DNA of 64,000 nucleotides from Camelus ferus (taxonomy: Eukaryota): positions 18,724,001-18,788,000 of the forward strand of contig NC_045715.1 of the NCBI RefSeq assembly GCF_009834535.1, given 5' to 3'. Position 1 is the stretch's first letter. Each line of letters begins with the position of its first letter. Positions 59,853-64,000 of this stretch are shown piece by piece. The notes under the pieces are model-generated. The model did not search any database, was not told where the DNA came from, and saw nothing but the letters and a program-made list of their open reading frames with translations. A program made the translations under genes and the position numbers.

Positions 59853-62334
59853 CCTTTGTTAGCACATGGCTCCTGTCAAGACAAAGAACTGAACAAGTTT
59901 TAAAAGGTATCTTAAAAAAGAAATGGGGGGACAGTGGGAAGGGACATGAATTTACCATGTTAAAAGGCAGGGCCATGGAATTTATGTGTAACTATTTGAG
60001 TAAATAATGTACTTATTGAAATTGACATGTGTCATAACAATTTAGGCCACATTATCAAAAATAGTAATATTGACATTAAAAATAAGAAAATCAGATAATG
60101 GACCTTGTGTCTGCATCAATCATACATATAAAAAGGTCTCTCTCAGATAGGGTGTAATAGGATTTAAGGTGCTATGTGAATATAAGTACATTTTAGAGAA
60201 AATGGGGATAGAAGAAAAAGGGAACGGCAATCAGAAACAACGAAATATGAAAGAGACACAGATAGGAGGAAAGGTTATTTTAAACACGAATCTCATAATT
60301 CTACACACCTAAATTTGCACATACTTCTCATGCAATAGAATACAAGATAATCTCTAAAATGTATTCAGTAATAGGAATTTATGACCTAGAATGGACTTAT
60401 ACAAAGGACTAAATCATATTCAAAACATCACTAAGAGTGCTGCACATAAACATTTTGAGAGAATTGCCTCTCTACTCCTCTAATATATTATATTTGTTGA
60501 TGCTACCTTCGTCTTTTTGTTTGGTGATAAAACAATTAAATACTCAGACAGAGCCTGAAAATACCACCAGTAAATTACAGTGCTTAATTCTTGCCCTCAA
60601 GATGCCTCACCTTACTATGCTAATTTAACAAGAACACCAAAAATTCATTGGCTATACGTAGTCAGTTGAAGTCAGTAGTCCAAAATCCAGTGACCAGCAC
60701 TTACCTTTTCTTTCTGTTGATGTTATTTTCACATATTACCAACAACAAGACTCGTGGTACCTTAAAGGAGGTGGATTATTCACTATCAACAAAAACCACT
60801 AGGTATAAAATAAGTAAGATACACAGAAGTAATGTACAGTGTATGGAAGACAGCCAATATTTTATAATAACTTTTTATATGAGTATAATCCCTAAAAATA
60901 TAAAATTACTATGTTGTAACCTGAAGTTATTATAATAAGTCAATTTACCTCAATTAAAAAAAAACTCTTACATGATATGAAGTTGTACAACCCATTTACT
61001 GCTTTACACAATAACGTGTAAATTAACAAAAAAGAACGCTGAATATGATTGCAGGTTGAAAAGTAAACTACCAAGCAAAGTTACTTTGCCAACTAAAACA
61101 GAATAAAGAAAGTAGTTGTCTCTGTATAATTATTTCCAATCCACATAAAGAGCACACTGGGACATAACGAAGACACTAATGCCATATTCTCTCTTCTTAT
61201 TTTAATTTTTTTTCTTTTACATTCAAGAAAATTATTACCACTTGTAACATTAGATACGGGAAATGTCTAGGTGCAAGATGCATTATCCCACTGATTCTCA
61301 AGAGTACATTCTGCTGACCTGGGTCACACTGTTCCCTTTCTTCTTTTCTACTCAACATCCATCTATCTTAAAGTTGTCTCCACCAACACCAAAGGTAATC
61401 TACCAAAACAACAAATATTTTTTGGCTCAAGTTAATGAGAAATTTTCATTTCTTTCCTACCACATTTAAAGAATTGTGTAATTTCCCTAGAAATCATCAT
61501 CTATGTCATCATAAGCATCAATTGACTTACTGTAGTAAGAAATATTGATCCATTATCAGACATAAATCATAATGACTGCAAATATTAGACACTTTCATCC
61601 TAGCATCAAGAACAAAGAATGGTGTCCTAGAGAACCAGCATGATATGACATGACATAGTGAGGTCTTGTTATAAATGTAAATACATATATATATATAAAT
61701 TAATACTTGGATACAAAAATAAATATTGAAAAAAGCTAAGTGAATTCATGTAGAAAAAATTTTGAACAGGTAATATTTTAAAAATAGATTTCATAAAACA
61801 AAGATGACATTCTGTGTAACAATTACCAAAAAATAATATAATGGAAAATGACATCTCACAAGAACACAATGTTACTATATTAATCAAGAGAATAGGCATC
61901 AAATGAAACAGGTTAAATGCTTAGTACTGACACATACCAGGTGGTAGAAGTAAATTGTTTACAATTACAATAATTGTACAATATTCAGATATAATTAAAA
62001 TTTTAGTGGAAAATTAAGTATTTCAATAAAACTACTCGATATGTAAACCATACAGTTTCAAGACAGGTGATCTCAAGATAATGTCTGTTTTTAAGATATT
62101 TCAAATATACAACACTCACTGATATTTTCACACACCAATTCTGCTCTATCCAGTTCCTCAATGAATCCTGAAAAAGTGCTGGCAAAACTTCTGCAGCCTC
62201 AGTGCTATGACGGAATCACCACTGCCTTAATAACGCATCTCTCTCATATGTAAGTTCAGCTCAGACCTGTATTAAGACTGGCCCCTGATGGCAATGGAGG
62301 AGGAATAAACGAGGGGAAGATTGATCTATTGCTG

Positions 62335-62990
62335 TATTAGAAATGATCAGGTTTTATGGAAGAAGTGGTTAACGTAGGAATCCCACTGCATGTATTTTGA
62401 GGGAATGCTTTCAGGAAAAACGGCATGAGGGAATCAAAATAAATCAAAAAGGGTGCTAAGCAAGGATGTGATCTCAACCGTAATGATGTTAGCCTGATCC
62501 CATAGGAAGCTGGAATAGAGCTCTCCAATAGAACTATCTGTGATGATAAAAATATTGTCTTCACTGACCTAGTACAATAGCCACTATCCCCATGTTGCTA
62601 CCTAATCATTTGAAATGTGGTAGCTAAGGAATTGAATTTTAAATTGCATTTAATTGTAATTCACTTAAATTTACATAGCTACTTGTGGCTAGTTACCACA
62701 TTGAACAACACAGCTATCAAGCATGAGCTGTATCAGGTTTACTGCTACTTTGACACAAAGGCAGCCTTCTGTATATCCCAGATTTTTGCGTCTGTTCCTG
62801 GCTGTGGGCCGCCCCCACCAGGTTCAGGAGAATCCCTGACAGTGTGGCTCCCATTCAGCTGGGGACAATTCTCTGAAGAAAAGAATGACTGAGAACAGAG
62901 CAGCCAATACTCATAACAAGGACGGTCCTGGATGGTTGCATCAGCCAGTAAAAAAGATCTAAGTGGGACACCAAAAGCATTCATCCTACA
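62335..62990 (-). mobile_element. ERVL LTR (LTR16-like) interrupted by MER3
   Basis: AAGCAAGGATGTGATCTC...AGCCTGATCCCATAGGAAGC...GAGCAGCCAATACTC...CACCAAAAGCATTCATCCTACA resembles recalled LTR16C in reverse. Confidence 0.5.
62516..62713 (+). mobile_element. MER3 (hAT-Charlie) DNA transposon
   Basis: CTCTCCAATAGAACTATCTGTGATGAT...TTTGAAATGTGG..CTAAGGAATTGAATTTTAAATTGCATTTAATT...TGTGGCTAGT...TTGAACAACACAG. Confidence 0.85.
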
Positions 62991-64000
62991 GAGCCCAGTC
63001 ATAAGGGTGTGCAAGGATCGAAGAGTGGCCAGTAGCGTCCATTATATTGTCACCTCAGGGCAATCTCATGAAAAATTTTCATTTGCCTCCTTCGCAAATT
63101 AAACTAACGGGTTCTCTTTTCTCTTCCAAACTTTTTCCTGTTCAATTGATCTTTGCACTCAGTTGAAGAATCATTTCTCATTAATAAAAATGCAAAATAA
63201 CAATGCATTGACATAGTCATAAAATGAATAACCTCCTCGTAACAGTCAACCTAGCACTCTGAAGACTCCCTATTTATTTTAGGTTTATTTTTACCTCTTT
63301 GAGGAAATATTTTTGTACCTCATTTTGAAACTACAGATACTGACCATACATTTTAAGAAATATTCTTTATTTTCACAGAAAATAAGCTGCCAAGGGAAAA
63401 AGTGGAAGCTTAGAGTCTAAAACTTTTACATTCATATATACACTATTATTCTATTACTCAAGTACATGTTTTATTACAGCTAAATATTTTTTTAATTATT
63501 TTCCATATGTACTTACTGAGGTATAATGAATGAACTAAGCAGAATGAAATATCTAGGACAAAGTGTTGACCTCTAAAATGAACAATTCAGTTTACTTCTT
63601 ACATTTGGTAAATTCCTGTAAGAATTTCTGTTCCTTTTGCCAGCTGACATATACACAAACCAACTTAGCTTTCTGTTTCAAGAATAACTGCAATGGAAAA
63701 ATAGTCTAATTTGCCAATTCCTAAAGCAACACAGAGACCAAGTTCCATTCTACTCACCTTTATTCATCTTATCCATGGGTCCTAAGCTCTTTCCCTACCT
63801 CATTTCCAAGTTACTATCTCTAATACAGTATTGGGGATTGGAACTTGGATATGTAGAATCAGAAAGCAGCTTGTGTGGAGTGAGTGCAAGTAAGCATTGC
63901 TTATTCTGAAACTTTCCTTAAACAAGAAGATGCTTTCTCATGATGACCTCAGATATCTCCAAATGATATTGAAGATCTGCATTCTGTGCAGATAGTAAGA

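Larger units (their letters stand above)
56694..64000 (+). repeat. Segmental duplication copy B (runs off the window)
   Basis: See copy A. Offsets are ~23.3 kb (left flank), 21,492 bp (CDS) and ~22.9 kb (right flank) because of large indels. Confidence 0.95.

Overview
Mammalian class II (family 2) olfactory receptor (OR) cluster. By protein recognition and gene order it corresponds to the histone-cluster/extended-MHC-linked OR group (human 6p22.1: OR2B6-OR2W4P-OR2W2P-OR2B7P-OR2B8P). The young L1 3' ends look camelid-like (inference). There are six single-coding-exon OR loci: OR2B6 (+, 1907-2863), an OR2W-type gene (+, 9577-10506), an OR2W-type pseudogene (+, 31434-32353), two OR2B8-like paralogs (-, 37422-38360 and 58914-59852) and an OR2B7-like gene with an N gap (+, 52341-53285). 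The rest is AT-rich intergenic DNA with L1, L2, MIR, LTR and DNA-transposon fragments. Highlights: (1) a dense Lhx2/Ebf motif cluster at ~5.0-5.7 kb with a 12/13 match to the H/P-element 13-mer, a candidate OR enhancer; (2) an old duplication of at least 7.7 kb around OR2B8, with patchy apparent gene conversion and mostly non-synonymous residual differences near the predicted ligand pocket; (3) remodelling of both ends of OR2B6 (start-codon shift, LTR just after the stop); (4) minimal uORFs next to two OR start codons; (5) N runs whose lengths exactly preserve reading frames, suggesting a reference-guided assembly. No tRNA, rRNA or CRISPR features are supported. All alignments and counts were done by eye, and repeat family names and orthologies come from recall, not database searches.
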